The notes under the pieces were generated by a model. It worked only from the letters and a program-made list of their open reading frames with translations. It searched no databases and was not told where the DNA came from. A DNA stretch of 64,000 nt from Octopus sinensis (taxonomy: Eukaryota): assembly GCF_006345805.1 (NCBI RefSeq), contig NC_043024.1:8370001-8434000 (forward strand), in the 5' to 3' direction. Numbering within the stretch: the first letter of the stretch is position 1; each line of letters starts with the position of its first letter. Made by a program: the position numbers and the translations under genes. Positions 62,823-64,000 of the stretch are shown piece by piece.

Positions 62823-63428
62823 TCTACTATACATTTCTTTACTACCCACAAGGGGCTAAACATTGAGGGGACAAACAAGAACAGACAAAGGGATTAAGTC
62901 GATTACATCAATCCCTGTGCGAAACTGGTACTTTATTTATCGACCCCGAAAGGATGAAAGGCAAAGTTGACCTCGGCGGAATTTGAACTCAGAACGTAAC
63001 CACAGACGAAATACCTATTTCTTTACTACTCACAAGGGGCTAAACATTGAGGGGGCAAACAAGAACAGACAAAGGGATTAAGTCGATTACATCGACCCCA
63101 GTGCGAAACTGGTACTTTATTTATCGACCCCGAAAGGATGAAAGGCAAAGTCGACCTCGGTAGAATTTCAACTCAGAACGTAATGACAGATGAAATACCT
63201 ATTTCTTTACTACCCACAAGGGGCTAAACATAGAGGGGACAAACAAGAACAGACAAAGGGATTAAGTCGATTACATCGACCCCAGTGCGAAACTGGTACT
63301 TTATTTATCGACCCCGAAAGGATGAAAGGCAAAGTCGACCTCGGCAGAATTTCAACTCAGAACATAATGACAGATGAAATACCGTTCAGCATTTTGCCCG
63401 GCATGCTAACGTTTCTGCCAGCTCGCTG
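62823..63428 (-). repeat. SINE family B head followed by tandem headless units (3 units)
   Basis: ~185-bp period; units share private variants (AAGAACAGAC, GCGAAACTGGTACTTTATTTATCG). Confidence 0.9.
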
Positions 63429-63693
63429 CTTCTACTAGAGCCTTGGGTTAACAAAAACTGAGAGAAACTTGTGTGTGTGTGTGTTTGCCTCTTCTTGCCT
63501 TGACATCACGTGGTAGTTGTAAATGATTGTCACTCTCATACAAGCAGTGTTCATTTCTGTTATTTCATGAGAAACCGGTCTGGCAGTGAGGAAGTATTAT
63601 TACATTGCTTGGTGAAGGTTGGTGACAGGAAGGACATCCAGCTGTAAAAAAGATCTGTCTCAGTGTGTGCAAGCATGGAAAAATAAACATTAA

Positions 63694-63913
63694 CCCTTTC
63701 GTTACTGTATTTATTTTGAGATGCTCTCTGTTTCTTTCAATTACTTTAAATATAACAAAGAATTTAGTAAAATAACTTAGTTATCATTCAGCTAGTGTTA
63801 GGAACATAAATTATGACTAAGGTTTGGTGGAAGATTTTTATTCAACACTTTTGGAAACAAGACATTTGTACTCAGAGCCAGAGCCGGTTTCAGTCAGGTT
63901 GGTATCGAAAGGG
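63694..63913. mobile_element. piggyBac-type MITE family 2, complete
   Basis: TTAA|CCCTTTCGTTAC ... GTATCGAAAGGG|TTAA; followed by a partial repeat of its own interior (63914-64000). Confidence 0.9.
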
Positions 63914-64000
63914 TTAAATATAACAAAGAATTGAGTAAAATAATTTAGTTATCATTCAGCTGGTGTTAGGAACATAAATTGTGACTAAGGTTTGGTGGAA

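Noticed and set aside
1-64000. Minus-strand excess of family R copies (about 17 vs 10) as a sign of an enclosing + strand intron
   Set aside because: Small numbers and non-independent tandem copies; not convincing.
1-64000. tRNA genes, CRISPR arrays or prokaryotic operons
   Set aside because: tRNA-like heads all continue into SINE bodies and lack full cloverleafs; tandem units have no unique spacers; the sequence is eukaryotic.

Overview
AT-rich, repeat-saturated eukaryotic non-coding DNA. From my recognition of the SINE/RTE repeat families it is most likely a coleoid cephalopod (Octopus); this was not checked against a database. No host protein-coding gene can be confidently called, and almost all listed ORFs are translations of microsatellites or SINEs. 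The window is a mosaic of at least four tRNA-derived SINE families (labelled A-D here) and a very abundant RTE-LINE 3'-tail repeat (R). It also holds short RTE and R4/Dong LINE 3' ends, Tc1/mariner remnants, non-autonomous Helitrons, piggyBac-type and other MITEs, and micro/minisatellites. The most interesting signal is a set of hammerhead-ribozyme (HHR) motifs in several unrelated small repeats. These are a canonical minimal type I HHR with a long stem II (33328-33420), a tandem array of ~205-bp HHR-bearing units resembling a retrozyme (5759-6546, with dispersed copies at ~22.1 and ~34.1 kb), a G3-C8 covariant core (13654-13708), and two foldback elements carrying back-to-back CCGANGA-core motifs (9638-9803, 31041-31349). 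There is also an internally deleted RTE with a structured 5' end that might be an HDV-like ribozyme. Ribozyme activity is inferred from folding by eye only. Several nested insertions and local duplications give clean empty/filled-site evidence.
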